Shown: positions 18,245 to 26,852, counted from the first letter of the stretch. The stretch: 64,000 nt of DNA from Candidatus Wolfebacteria bacterium GW2011_GWE2_44_13 (GCA_001000675.1 LCHW01000003.1:67873-131872); one strand, 5' to 3'. Translations and numbers: made by a program. The notes: generated by a model not told the origin, from the sequence alone.

Positions 18245-19342
18245 TTATTGAACTATTTTATAGTCTATATACCCGGAATCGTCATATTGTCCGCCACCGA
18301 ATCGATAGTACCCAGCGCTAATTGCCCTTATATGCCAGACCAATCGAAATGTTTCTCCGACTGATTTTAAATCTTCCTCCGTTATTTTATACTCAAGTGT
18401 ATTATTAGATACATACTTAAGTCTGTTATTTTCAAGCGAAACGGAGTCCATGAACGGCCTTGAGTTAGATTCCCAATTATATTCAATTCCTCTTCCCTGT
18501 GGATCTTTAGCTATAACAGTTGCCTTGAACGTATCCCCTACGCGTAAAATTCGTGATCCTTCGCTCGGCCAGCTGATGTAGGGACCCTTGTATTGGTTGT
18601 ACATAGATGTTTTATATGTATTTCCCTTACTATCTTCGAGGGAAAGAATTATAGGATACTGCTCATGTTCGGTATATGTATCCCGCTGTTCCTTTAGACG
18701 CTCTTCTTCGGCGTGTATCCTCTCTTCCTCTATTCGCTTGCGGTCCGCCTCTGCACTTTCTTGGTTACGCCTCAAAAGATCTGCTTGAATTTTTTCTCCA
18801 TCAACTCTATTCTGTTCGTCTATTAGTTTTCTATACGCTTCCTCTCGTGAGGACCTATCCTGCGTAGTGTTTTGGACTTTACCACTTAGCTGTACCGGAG
18901 ATTCTGCGAGGATTTTTTCAGAGCTCTTCGCGATATTTCTCGACTGTTCTAAGCTCTGGAACCGCCTCACGGCCCGCGCAGTCAGCTTGCCATAATAGCC
19001 GGTTATAATGCCTTCCGGGTAGATATTGATATCTGCCGCCAAAATCGTCTGGAGCGTCCTTACCTTCTCCCCGGATGAACCTTCTTTAAGTTGTTCAATC
19101 AACTGCAAGACATCAGTCATACCGACGGTATTAGTTGCTGTCTGCGGTTGAGCTTGTGCCTTCTGTAATGTTTGTAATTGTACAGTCAAACTTTCAATCT
19201 GTTTTTGTAGGGTCTGGATTAACGACTGCAGTGTCGCGGTTGTGGTTGATGCAGTCGTGGTCGTTTGTGCCGATGCAACGAACGCGTTGCCAAATATGAT
19301 CCCGACTACCAGTATGGTTACTATGTTTCTTTTTATGTTCAT
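18245..19342 (-). CDS. Secreted peptidoglycan-binding-domain protein with coiled coil and C-terminal beta domain
   Basis: Signal peptide ending ASA, Thr-rich linker, LKEGSSGEKVRTLQ..YPEGIITGYYGKLTARAVRRFQ (PG_binding_1-like), AKDPQG Ig-like segment. Confidence 0.8.
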   Translation of the reverse strand: MNIKRNIVTILVVGIIFGNAFVASAQTTTTASTTTATLQSLIQTLQKQIESLTVQLQTLQKAQAQPQTATNTVGMTDVLQLIEQLKEGSSGEKVRTLQTILAADINIYPEGIITGYYGKLTARAVRRFQSLEQSRNIAKSSEKILAESPVQLSGKVQNTTQDRSSREEAYRKLIDEQNRVDGEKIQADLLRRNQESAEADRKRIEEERIHAEEERLKEQRDTYTEHEQYPIILSLEDSKGNTYKTSMYNQYKGPYISWPSEGSRILRVGDTFKATVIAKDPQGRGIEYNWESNSRPFMDSVSLENNRLKYVSNNTLEYKITEEDLKSVGETFRLVWHIRAISAGYYRFGGGQYDDSGYIDYKIVQ

Positions 19343-19427
19343 GATTATTGGTTATGATTTAATGCTTATTTTATCTATATATGGTTTACACACCGACCTT
19401 TGCAGTCCTGGAGATGGTTTTTCGGAT

Positions 19428-19579
19428 ACAAAAAACCCACCACCAGGTAGACCTTACGGCCATATACAAGTTTCCCTGTATAACGCAACGAGCGATCCTG
19501 ATGATGGGATCTTTATGCTCGTTGCGATTTTGACCATACCACCAGGATTTCTCCTGATGGGTTAGGTCTACTGGATGAT
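19428..19579 (-). ncRNA. Candidate multi-stem structured RNA / leader
   Basis: Minus-strand closing stem CCAGTAGACCT/AGGTCTACCTGG; two GAAA-capped hairpins; CGCAACGAGC/GCTCGTTGCG stem; 3' T-tract. Confidence 0.6.
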
Positions 19580-19662
19580 ATTTAGTTGTTAATTTGTATT
19601 ATATACTCTTTATTCAGAAAATCCACGCTTTACTCAGCATGGATTTTTCTAATGGTATTTTA

Positions 19663-20055
19663 TTATCTACAGGACGAGGGCGGCTTTCGGTTTACGTATA
19701 GCGTTTGATATCCTGGATCTGTCTGAGTACTTGTCTTACATTCTGGACATCCATGGAACGCGCGATTTGCTCCGGGGCGCATTCGTACGGTTTTACTGTT
19801 CACATCCCAACAACGAGAGCAGAATGGGCCCTCCTCTTTTTCCCCTATTTTCCAATAAGCACCATTTCTGAATTCAAGACTATCCCTCACTTTAAGCAGC
19901 TCCTTTAATGCTCGATTCTCAATTTCAAGATCATAGATATGCTTTTGCTGATCAAGTAACTCTTTTTGAACAACTAAAATCTGCTCATATTGTTCAATCT
20001 TCCCAGCCTCTTTTAAAACAGCGGCTGCTGATTTTAATTCATCAAATATAGCCAT
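19663..20055 (-). CDS. Hypothetical coiled-coil plus Zn-ribbon protein
   Basis: N-terminal coiled coil, GPFCSRCWD...CPECK. Confidence 0.75.
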   Translation of the reverse strand: MAIFDELKSAAAVLKEAGKIEQYEQILVVQKELLDQQKHIYDLEIENRALKELLKVRDSLEFRNGAYWKIGEKEEGPFCSRCWDVNSKTVRMRPGANRAFHGCPECKTSTQTDPGYQTLYVNRKPPSSCR

Positions 20056-20237
20056 ATTTTATTTAACCTTTTTAGACTCTCACTCGATACATTTTCGCCG
20101 TATTTAGAGTGAATATGCAAAATTTCTACTAACTCTGATTCCTCGTATTTTTTCAGTTTATCAGTTTCCTTCTGTCCGCTTATGAACTCCGCCTCATTTA
20201 AAATACTACGTTTGATTATCCTTCTTTTTTCAATTAA
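20034..20237 (-). pseudogene. Possible 3' remnant of a truncated gene
   Basis: 68-codon open frame (LIEKRRIIKRSILNEAEF...KIWLYLMN) without ATG/GTG start, overlapping the next gene start. Confidence 0.3.
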
Positions 20238-20272
20238 TCAATCCTGTTTTTTAGGATTTCTATGTAACCGGC

Positions 20273-21550
20273 TTAAGCTTGCAAATCCTGCTCCACCTCA
20301 ATCTCCGCCTCAAGCGCCTTATTCCATCTCTCAAGATAGTCAATATTCTTTTTGACAATTTCTTCATCCAATGGGGAGTACTTCTGATGCGCAGCTGTCA
20401 GATTCGCTATTAGATCGGCCAGACTCGTTTGCTCAATCGTATTCAATTCCATCTCTCGCGTATAAATAAAGTGGCGCTGTGCCTTTGAATGATCAACTTC
20501 GAGGGCAATAATATTGTCGGGGTCACTCTGAATAAGTGCCATGCTCTTTTTACACTCGATGTCGAGCAAACTGGCGTATCTCATATCCCTTAAAAGAGCA
20601 ATTGCCGTAGGGATTGCGAAAAATTCGTGAATGCCACGTATATAATATCTTGACGGAGGCCCCCCTCCTATTTTACTTACCCTGGCCTTTACCTCGCCAT
20701 AAAAAATGCCATTACAAACTCCGGTCATTCCAAGCTTACCCAATAGCAGAGAAAAGTAGCTCCCATAAAGATTTGTAACCTTAACATCTCTTTCCTTTGC
20801 AATTTTCACGAACGAAACAAGCTTTTTCAGCTTATTAATATCGGCAGTCTTTTCGTTTATATCATCTATCCAAATAAAAATCTCATCACATCCGGTGTAT
20901 TCCTTGATCAGACCCTCCGTAAGACTGTGAGAGTTTGTTGAGATTATTGGAATAACTTTCCCCGCAGTCTTTTCTTTTGTTTTGGCTAAAAGTTTCTTAT
21001 TTATACCAAGCCACTCATCAGCGAGATCGTTAAAATAAAAATATGGGGGAATAATTGCAATTGGCTTAAGCCCCCCTCCCTCTCCTTTTACTAAGTGCTC
21101 TGCGCCATTTTTAATGAGAAATTTTTCATATTTTTTAATAGCGCGCCCTCTCTCACTCTCCATCTTCTGAGTCTGTAGTATGATGTTTTTTTCGCAAAAG
21201 CTATCGATAAAATCATCCGTAAAATCTGCAGGGCGAAGGGCTGCGTATGCCGAATTGGTAAAGTGGCTACTTAGACCATAATCCGTAGTTAATTTCGCTA
21301 TTGAAGGTTTAAATTTACTTTCACCAGTTTTTTTGTCCGGGACTACATAGTCCGCTATATTGTTAAGCGCATAAATATATGTCATGGGATCAATGTAATA
21401 TCCCTTATTAATATACTCGGCCGCCATGATAGTAGGATTTGAAGAGTACGAAAGAATGTGGGCTGGAATGAAAATGCCAGAAATTAATCCTCTGAGTTCT
21501 TTTATAACCTCCCTATCCCTATGGACGCCGAATCTGATAAAAAAGTTCAT
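20273..21550 (-). CDS. Hypothetical protein, putative beta-protein/TGT-like TIM-barrel
   Basis: 425 aa alternating beta/alpha pattern; motifs YYIDPMTY, IIPPYF, GIFYGE, GGGPPSRYY; fold is inferred. Confidence 0.55.
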   Translation of the reverse strand: MNFFIRFGVHRDREVIKELRGLISGIFIPAHILSYSSNPTIMAAEYINKGYYIDPMTYIYALNNIADYVVPDKKTGESKFKPSIAKLTTDYGLSSHFTNSAYAALRPADFTDDFIDSFCEKNIILQTQKMESERGRAIKKYEKFLIKNGAEHLVKGEGGGLKPIAIIPPYFYFNDLADEWLGINKKLLAKTKEKTAGKVIPIISTNSHSLTEGLIKEYTGCDEIFIWIDDINEKTADINKLKKLVSFVKIAKERDVKVTNLYGSYFSLLLGKLGMTGVCNGIFYGEVKARVSKIGGGPPSRYYIRGIHEFFAIPTAIALLRDMRYASLLDIECKKSMALIQSDPDNIIALEVDHSKAQRHFIYTREMELNTIEQTSLADLIANLTAAHQKYSPLDEEIVKKNIDYLERWNKALEAEIEVEQDLQA

Positions 21551-21957
21551 GCTAATTTTAAATTATTACTGCAGAAATAAGCTCGAATTACCTTGCTGGA
21601 ACTATTTCCTCCTGGCTCAATTTCGACCCGTGGTTTGAATTCTTCATTGATCACTATTAACCCAACTCCAGCATTTTCGAAAATTTTCCTATTATTTAAT
21701 GCTGGCGTGGCATGCTGATGCCAAACAGCGAGATAGGATTGATCACAAGCAAGCGCGTTTACTCTTGCCTGTCTAAGACCACACTGCCAATCTTTAAGTT
21801 TAATCTCGATAGCTACAACATTCTCATCGTCCCTTTCTTTCTTCACAATGTCAATCCTTTTGCGTGCAAAAGCTGCTTGTCGTAGTACAATACAATCTTG
21901 TGATCGATAATATGAGGCAAGCTTCACCTCGACTTTTTTTTCTGTTATTTTAGACAT
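21547..21957 (-). CDS. Small PD-(D/E)XK-like nuclease
   Basis: TEKKVE helix, RIDIV, AIEIKL, LRQA, SYLAV, GVGLI: restriction-endonuclease-like core. Confidence 0.75.
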   Translation of the reverse strand: MSKITEKKVEVKLASYYRSQDCIVLRQAAFARKRIDIVKKERDDENVVAIEIKLKDWQCGLRQARVNALACDQSYLAVWHQHATPALNNRKIFENAGVGLIVINEEFKPRVEIEPGGNSSSKVIRAYFCSNNLKLA

Positions 21958-22606
21958 TTTTGAGATTATCTATAGTTTTCTCGTTTAAAACATATTTTCC
22001 CCCAAAAACTAAGACTATGCATTGCAAGACTAACCACCCCACAGCCCCCCAGGAAGAAATTGGGGAATTCTTTGTTGCAATAATCACTATCCCATCTATT
22101 ATTTGCAAGCAAGATAGGACAGCAACCCCAAGTGCTATTGTATTATTTTGCCTTGAGCATTTTTTAAGCACAACCCTACTCTTCTTCCCTTTTATGAGAT
22201 TTTCTAACTTAACTTGAAACTCAATTACTTCTTCGATTGCCTTATACTGGATACTTTTAAGCCCTTTAATGAGCTCCAATTTATACTCATCTTGGAAAAA
22301 ATCTTTAACATCTGTACCTTCAGGAATATCTGAGATTCGTCGAGAAACTTCCTCAACAAGATTATCCGCAAGAACGTCGCGTAGCGGGGCAACCATGTCG
22401 GTGTATATTCTTTCGTCTAATATATCTTGTATCTGCGTATCCCTATCTCCGTTAATATGATTGTAATGCATCCATAATCTAATAGACCCCACCAAAAATA
22501 GAATGGGTATTGCAAAAATTGCGAACTCCTGGATATTTGTGGTTATCAGTAGCGACTTAATCGCATCTAAATTTGACGTAGTCGCAATTGTGCTGGTCGT
22601 CATCAT
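21950..22606 (-). CDS. Hypothetical membrane protein (1 N-terminal plus 2 C-terminal TM)
   Basis: Hydrophobic FAIFAIPILFLVG and two C-terminal helices flanking a soluble helical region. Confidence 0.75.
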   Translation of the reverse strand: MMTTSTIATTSNLDAIKSLLITTNIQEFAIFAIPILFLVGSIRLWMHYNHINGDRDTQIQDILDERIYTDMVAPLRDVLADNLVEEVSRRISDIPEGTDVKDFFQDEYKLELIKGLKSIQYKAIEEVIEFQVKLENLIKGKKSRVVLKKCSRQNNTIALGVAVLSCLQIIDGIVIIATKNSPISSWGAVGWLVLQCIVLVFGGKYVLNEKTIDNLKNV

Positions 22607-23163
22607 TTTAATACCTGATGCTTAATTTCTGAATTTACAGTCATATCCGGATAATTCTCATAGACGTACTTTAAAAGCTGTCTAAGAGGCCAGTTCCCGT
22701 ATCGTACTTTTATTGCCTCTATACTATTTCGACTCTTACTATCAAGTTCGCCCCAGAGCTCTTTAGCAACCGCTTCGCCAATATCCGTTAATTTAAATTC
22801 AACATCGACCTCAGAATTGTCTGGGGGAATTTCTTCAAACTGAATATCGTCAATGTATTTAATCTGCTCAGGACTTATTTCGGTACTCTGTCCCGTTCTT
22901 TTTGCAATTCCTTTTACGAGTGGGTGTTCTGGGTCGGGAAAATTACGCAAGAACTCAAGTTCGGGATAAACTTCGCTCGAAAACGGGCCCATTTTATATG
23001 GGGCGAAAGAAAATTTATCATTAATACCTTCTTCTCTGTCGAGGAGGAATAGCAGCTTCATAAGGCGCGTGATGCCTTGGATCGACTCACTGGATTGTCC
23101 TTTCATTCCTCTACTGTAGAGTAAAAGCAAGATTAAATCCGATTTTTCAAGTGTACCGATCAT
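22603..23163 (-). CDS. Panacea/SocA-like (DUF4065-type) antitoxin-domain protein
   Basis: GITRLMKLLFL, FAPYKMGPFS, FKLTDIG, LLKYVYENYP. Confidence 0.75.
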   Translation of the reverse strand: MIGTLEKSDLILLLLYSRGMKGQSSESIQGITRLMKLLFLLDREEGINDKFSFAPYKMGPFSSEVYPELEFLRNFPDPEHPLVKGIAKRTGQSTEISPEQIKYIDDIQFEEIPPDNSEVDVEFKLTDIGEAVAKELWGELDSKSRNSIEAIKVRYGNWPLRQLLKYVYENYPDMTVNSEIKHQVLK

Positions 23164-23229
23164 ATATTATATTATAGATTAATTAAACTCATTCTACCAG
23201 TAAAATTGTCTTCCTCACTATCGGCACCG

Positions 23230-23694
23230 TTACTCATCTTCATCCTCCTCGTCCAGCGCCCTTTCATACGCCTCAGCTGCTGCGAGCTCAGCTTTTGTCG
23301 GGAGGTGCTGTTCCTCCGTCTTTATCTCCCCGCCGTGCTGGATCCCCTGTAACGGTTTTCCTTGCGTGCGATCGAAGTACTCCTTGATCGCGGCAATGTT
23401 CTTACGGTTATGCCCCTCACTATAGAGCACATCGAGAAGGGCTTGCACCCTCGTCTTGGTAACAATCCTTGTTCCCCCAGTCGCCTTATCTACTTCTACG
23501 ACATCCACCTCTTCGAGTATATGAGCATCGTGGATTGCTTTTATTTCTAATCTTTCCAGCTTATCCTGGTTTGACTTTCTTCCCGATCCCGGCCGAAATC
23601 CTCCCCGTCCAATTCCATTGGGGATATATTTTTTTCCGCTCTTTACCGTTCCGCGTTCGAATTCCTTATTTTTTGATTTCTCTTCTTTTTTCAT
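23230..23694 (-). CDS. Phage terminase small subunit-like protein
   Basis: GGFRPGSGRK N-terminal motif and AIKEYFDRTQGKPLQ motif, acidic tail. Confidence 0.6.
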   Translation of the reverse strand: MKKEEKSKNKEFERGTVKSGKKYIPNGIGRGGFRPGSGRKSNQDKLERLEIKAIHDAHILEEVDVVEVDKATGGTRIVTKTRVQALLDVLYSEGHNRKNIAAIKEYFDRTQGKPLQGIQHGGEIKTEEQHLPTKAELAAAEAYERALDEEDEDE

Positions 23695-23902
23695 TTTATC
23701 AATTTCACCCTTACTCTCTTTCTCTTCTTGTTCTATTCCCTATGAGGTATGAATGCATACTATATACCTGCACAATTATTGCCTTATTTTACTCCCCTTA
23801 TTAAACATATACTTGTATGCCATACGTGGCGAATACATTTTTCCAGTGTAATACGGTCTGTTCTATGGTGTTCCATCCAACACCCAAGTCGTGCACCAAA
23901 AA

Positions 23903-23938
23903 CAAAAACCACCAGCCCAAGGCTGGTGGTTTTTGTTT
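23903..23938. repeat. 36-bp palindromic repeat, copy 1 (terminator-like)
   Basis: CAAAAACCACCAGCCCAAGGCTGGTGGTTTTTGTTT. Confidence 0.9.
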
Positions 23939-24053
23939 ATACACCATATATCCTTTTACATTGCCCTAAAAACTTGACTTATTTTAGTATTAATGGTATT
24001 ATTTATTTAACAGTTCGCTAGGCACATTTATAAAAACTATATAGGAGAATTTC

Positions 24054-24467
24054 ATGAAAACCGTCGCCTTGTCGATTGCCTTCCTCTTATTTCTTTTAGG
24101 GTGCTCGCAACAAGAGGGGTCTGTCTTTCGGACAGGCATCGTCGTTAGAAAAGATCATCAACCCGAAAAATACTGGGTACAGGACGGCAACCTTTTTACT
24201 GTCACTGTTGTCGGAAAAGCTTCGTTTACAACGAATAATCGGATGCTTCTCCTACACCACCAGTGTGAGTCTTGGATGCTCGTCCTCCAAGATGCGACAA
24301 GCAATAACAAGGAGCGCATCGTATATGTTCCTCAGAGCACTTACGATGCCACGCCCATTGGGTCCGCGTACCGGTTCGACTATTGGTACGACAGAAACGA
24401 GCCAACCGTCGATCGCCAAGCTGCAACAGCGGAGGATATTTCCTCCTATGGCGTTCAGAAACAGTAG
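24054..24467 (+). CDS. Hypothetical lipoprotein
   Basis: Lipobox LLGC after hydrophobic signal; SD AGGAG; TTGACT-N17-TATTAT promoter; own terminator. Confidence 0.75.
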   Translation: MKTVALSIAFLLFLLGCSQQEGSVFRTGIVVRKDHQPEKYWVQDGNLFTVTVVGKASFTTNNRMLLLHHQCESWMLVLQDATSNNKERIVYVPQSTYDATPIGSAYRFDYWYDRNEPTVDRQAATAEDISSYGVQKQ

Positions 24468-24509
24468 TTCCCCGCCGCCATGTCTTATGACCTCTGGCGG
24501 CTTTTTTAT

Positions 24510-24545
24510 CAAAAACCACCAGCCCAAGGCTGGTGGTTTTTGTTT
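24510..24545. repeat. 36-bp palindromic repeat, copy 2
   Basis: Identical to 23903-23938. Confidence 0.9.
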
Positions 24546-24599
24546 TGCATGATTCCTAAAAAAACTGCGCCCTTGAGAGGGCGCAGTTGCTGCGAAAAA

Positions 24600-25550
24600 C
24601 TACAGAGCTCTATACAGCTCACCTGCTTTCTCTTTAGCTTTGTCGAAGACGTCGGCCGGAATTTTACTGTAGTCTTGAATAAATTCGAGGAACCACTCCG
24701 GGATTGCATCTGCTCGTATGGGCGAAATTAGCTGCCTAATTTTCCCATCAATGTTCTTCGTAAATACTTCGCAGTCAGATTTCCATTCCCTGTGCTCCAT
24801 CAACGTCTTGACGTCATTAATCGAGTGAATGTATTCCATTATCCGGGCTTCAACAAGTTTTTCTGGTATGGAGCCTTCTTCGGTTCTGCGCCAGTAGTCA
24901 TCCAGCGTATCCGCGCTGCGCGTTGTCGACAGAAGCGCCTGTATTCGAGCCCCGATTAGTTTCCGGGGTTCGGAGTTTTCGCTTGTTCGCTGCCAATACC
25001 TCACGAGGTTGTCGAAATCGACAGCTAGCAGAAGAATCCCTGGAAGGAGCTTCGCTATGCGATTCTCAATGAGCCGCTGCGGTATCGTATTATCAGCGAC
25101 GCTTTCCCAGTAATCCAGAAGGAGCTCCATGTCCGTTATAAGCGGAATAAGCTCTGCCATGCGATTCTCAATGAGCCGCTGCGGCGGGGAATCTTCACTT
25201 GTAGCACTCCAATACGCAATAAGCACTTCGATGCTTGTAACGGACGGGAGGACTTCCAAAAGGAGCTCCGCCATACGAGCCTCGATAAGGCGCTGCGGCA
25301 CAGATTTTGCACTGGTATTTCCCCAGTATCCGCACAACAGCTCCATGTCGGTAACTCCCGGGAGAATCACTGACAAAACCTCTGCCATGCGATTCTCGAC
25401 GAGTCGCTGCAACACCGACCCTTCATTCGTTCCCTCCCAGCACCCTATCAGGTCGTCAATGTCGGTGGTGGTAGAAATCTTTAAAATCGCTTTTTCTCCT
25501 CCAATTTCTTTGCCGATAAAGTTCCCAAGAATGTTTCTTGCGTCATGCAT
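24600..25550 (-). CDS. Tandem-repeat (34/38-aa unit) alpha-helical protein
   Basis: ~7 units resembling DxExLxxYWxxTSxxSxPQRLIExRMAEL; SD AAGGAG before ATG 25550. Confidence 0.8.
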   Translation of the reverse strand: MHDARNILGNFIGKEIGGEKAILKISTTTDIDDLIGCWEGTNEGSVLQRLVENRMAEVLSVILPGVTDMELLCGYWGNTSAKSVPQRLIEARMAELLLEVLPSVTSIEVLIAYWSATSEDSPPQRLIENRMAELIPLITDMELLLDYWESVADNTIPQRLIENRIAKLLPGILLLAVDFDNLVRYWQRTSENSEPRKLIGARIQALLSTTRSADTLDDYWRRTEEGSIPEKLVEARIMEYIHSINDVKTLMEHREWKSDCEVFTKNIDGKIRQLISPIRADAIPEWFLEFIQDYSKIPADVFDKAKEKAGELYRAL

Positions 25551-25657
25551 CGCCCTGCTCCTTTCTCTAGTTATTTTTTTAGTGCTGAGATTATTCAACA
25601 CTTTTTTATTTATTTTGTCAAATTATGCAGCCCACTTTCCTTATTTCTTGTGCTATA

Positions 25658-25690
25658 CAAAAACCACCAGCCTTAGGCTGGTGGTTTTTG
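25658..25690. repeat. Palindromic repeat, copy 3 (also likely pyk terminator)
   Basis: CAAAAACCACCAGCCTTAGGCTGGTGGTTTTTG, two loop substitutions versus copies 1 and 2. Confidence 0.85.
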
Positions 25691-25695
25691 ATTTC

Positions 25696-26757
25696 TTACT
25701 TCTTCGCCTTCTTGTACTCGCCGAGGGTTTCTGTTTCAAAGAAGTTTTCTCGTGCGGTATATTCTTCAATGCGTCGCACAATCTTTGCCATTGTGGCAAC
25801 CGCTTTTGCTGGGTGCTTACCCGCTGCAGTTTCATCGGAAAGCATAACTGCATCCCCTCCTTCAAATACTGCATTCGCAACATCACTTACTTCTGCGCGT
25901 GTTGGATGATCATGATCGATTAATGTCATCATCATCTGTGTTGCTACGATTGCCGGCTTGTTGTGCCAGTGTGCGTGGCGGATTAAGTTCTTTTGAATAA
26001 TCGGCAAATCCTCCATCGGTATTTCAATTCCAAGGTCTCCTCGCGCAATCATAATACCGTCAGATTCTTCGATAATCTCGTCGATGTTATCGAGCGCCAA
26101 GGCACGCTCTATCTTTGCGATAATCTTGATCTTTTTATCAGGAAATACGCTACGCAATTTTGTAATGTCTTCTGCGGATTGCACAAACGAAAGCGCAATA
26201 TAATCAACACCTTCAGCTACGCCAAACTTTGCATCTTCGATATCTTTATCAGTTACTCCGCCGCGCGTTAGGTTTGTGCGAGGAACGTTAATTCCCTTCT
26301 TTGAGAATAATGTTCCTCCGGTTACAACCTTTGCGTGTATCTGTGATCCTTGTACGTCAACAATATCCAATTCCATTGCACCGTTGGCAAGGAAAAACGG
26401 CTCACCCTTTTTTACATCGATGTGCAAATAGGCATCGTCAATCGGAATAATTCCTCCTGGAACATATTCACTTTGTTCAAAAGAGAAAACAAACGTTTCA
26501 CCTTCTTTAAGCTCAACGCCTTCTGCTGGTAATTTTCCTACGCGAATACGCGGACCTTGTAAGTCCTGCATAATTTCGATATCTGTTCCCAACTCTTTAT
26601 TTATGCGTGCAATATGTTCTTTTCGTCCGCGATATTCTTCTACCGTGCAGTGAGAAAAGTTCATGCGAGCAATATTTAATCCAGCCTCTGCCATAGCCTT
26701 TAACTCTTCGTATGAATCAGACTTTGGTCCAATAGTTGCAACAATTTTTGTTTTCAT
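25696..26757 (-). CDS. pyk: Pyruvate kinase (short, lacks C-terminal domain)
   Basis: KTKIVATIGP, RMNFSH, DLQGPRIR, IARGDLGIE, PTRAEVSDVANA. Confidence 0.95.
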   Translation of the reverse strand: MKTKIVATIGPKSDSYEELKAMAEAGLNIARMNFSHCTVEEYRGRKEHIARINKELGTDIEIMQDLQGPRIRVGKLPAEGVELKEGETFVFSFEQSEYVPGGIIPIDDAYLHIDVKKGEPFFLANGAMELDIVDVQGSQIHAKVVTGGTLFSKKGINVPRTNLTRGGVTDKDIEDAKFGVAEGVDYIALSFVQSAEDITKLRSVFPDKKIKIIAKIERALALDNIDEIIEESDGIMIARGDLGIEIPMEDLPIIQKNLIRHAHWHNKPAIVATQMMMTLIDHDHPTRAEVSDVANAVFEGGDAVMLSDETAAGKHPAKAVATMAKIVRRIEEYTARENFFETETLGEYKKAKK

Positions 26758-26852
26758 TCTGTTATATATGGTTATTGTGAGTTTACTAGTATAGGCGATT
26801 CATTTTCTTTTGCAAGAGCAAAAAAGCGCCCAATAGGGGCGCTTTACATACT

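Larger units (their letters stand above)
15408..23898. mobile_element. ~8.5-kb integrative element (serine-recombinase island) in tRNA-Lys(CTT)
   Basis: TGCACCA direct repeat at 15408-15414 and 23892-23898; integrase at left end; right repeat immediately followed by a host-type terminator; all credible cargo genes on minus strand. Confidence 0.85.

Noticed and set aside
23903-25690. 36-bp palindromic repeats as a CRISPR array
   Set aside because: Spacing is ~600 and ~1100 bp with whole genes between, and no cas genes are present.
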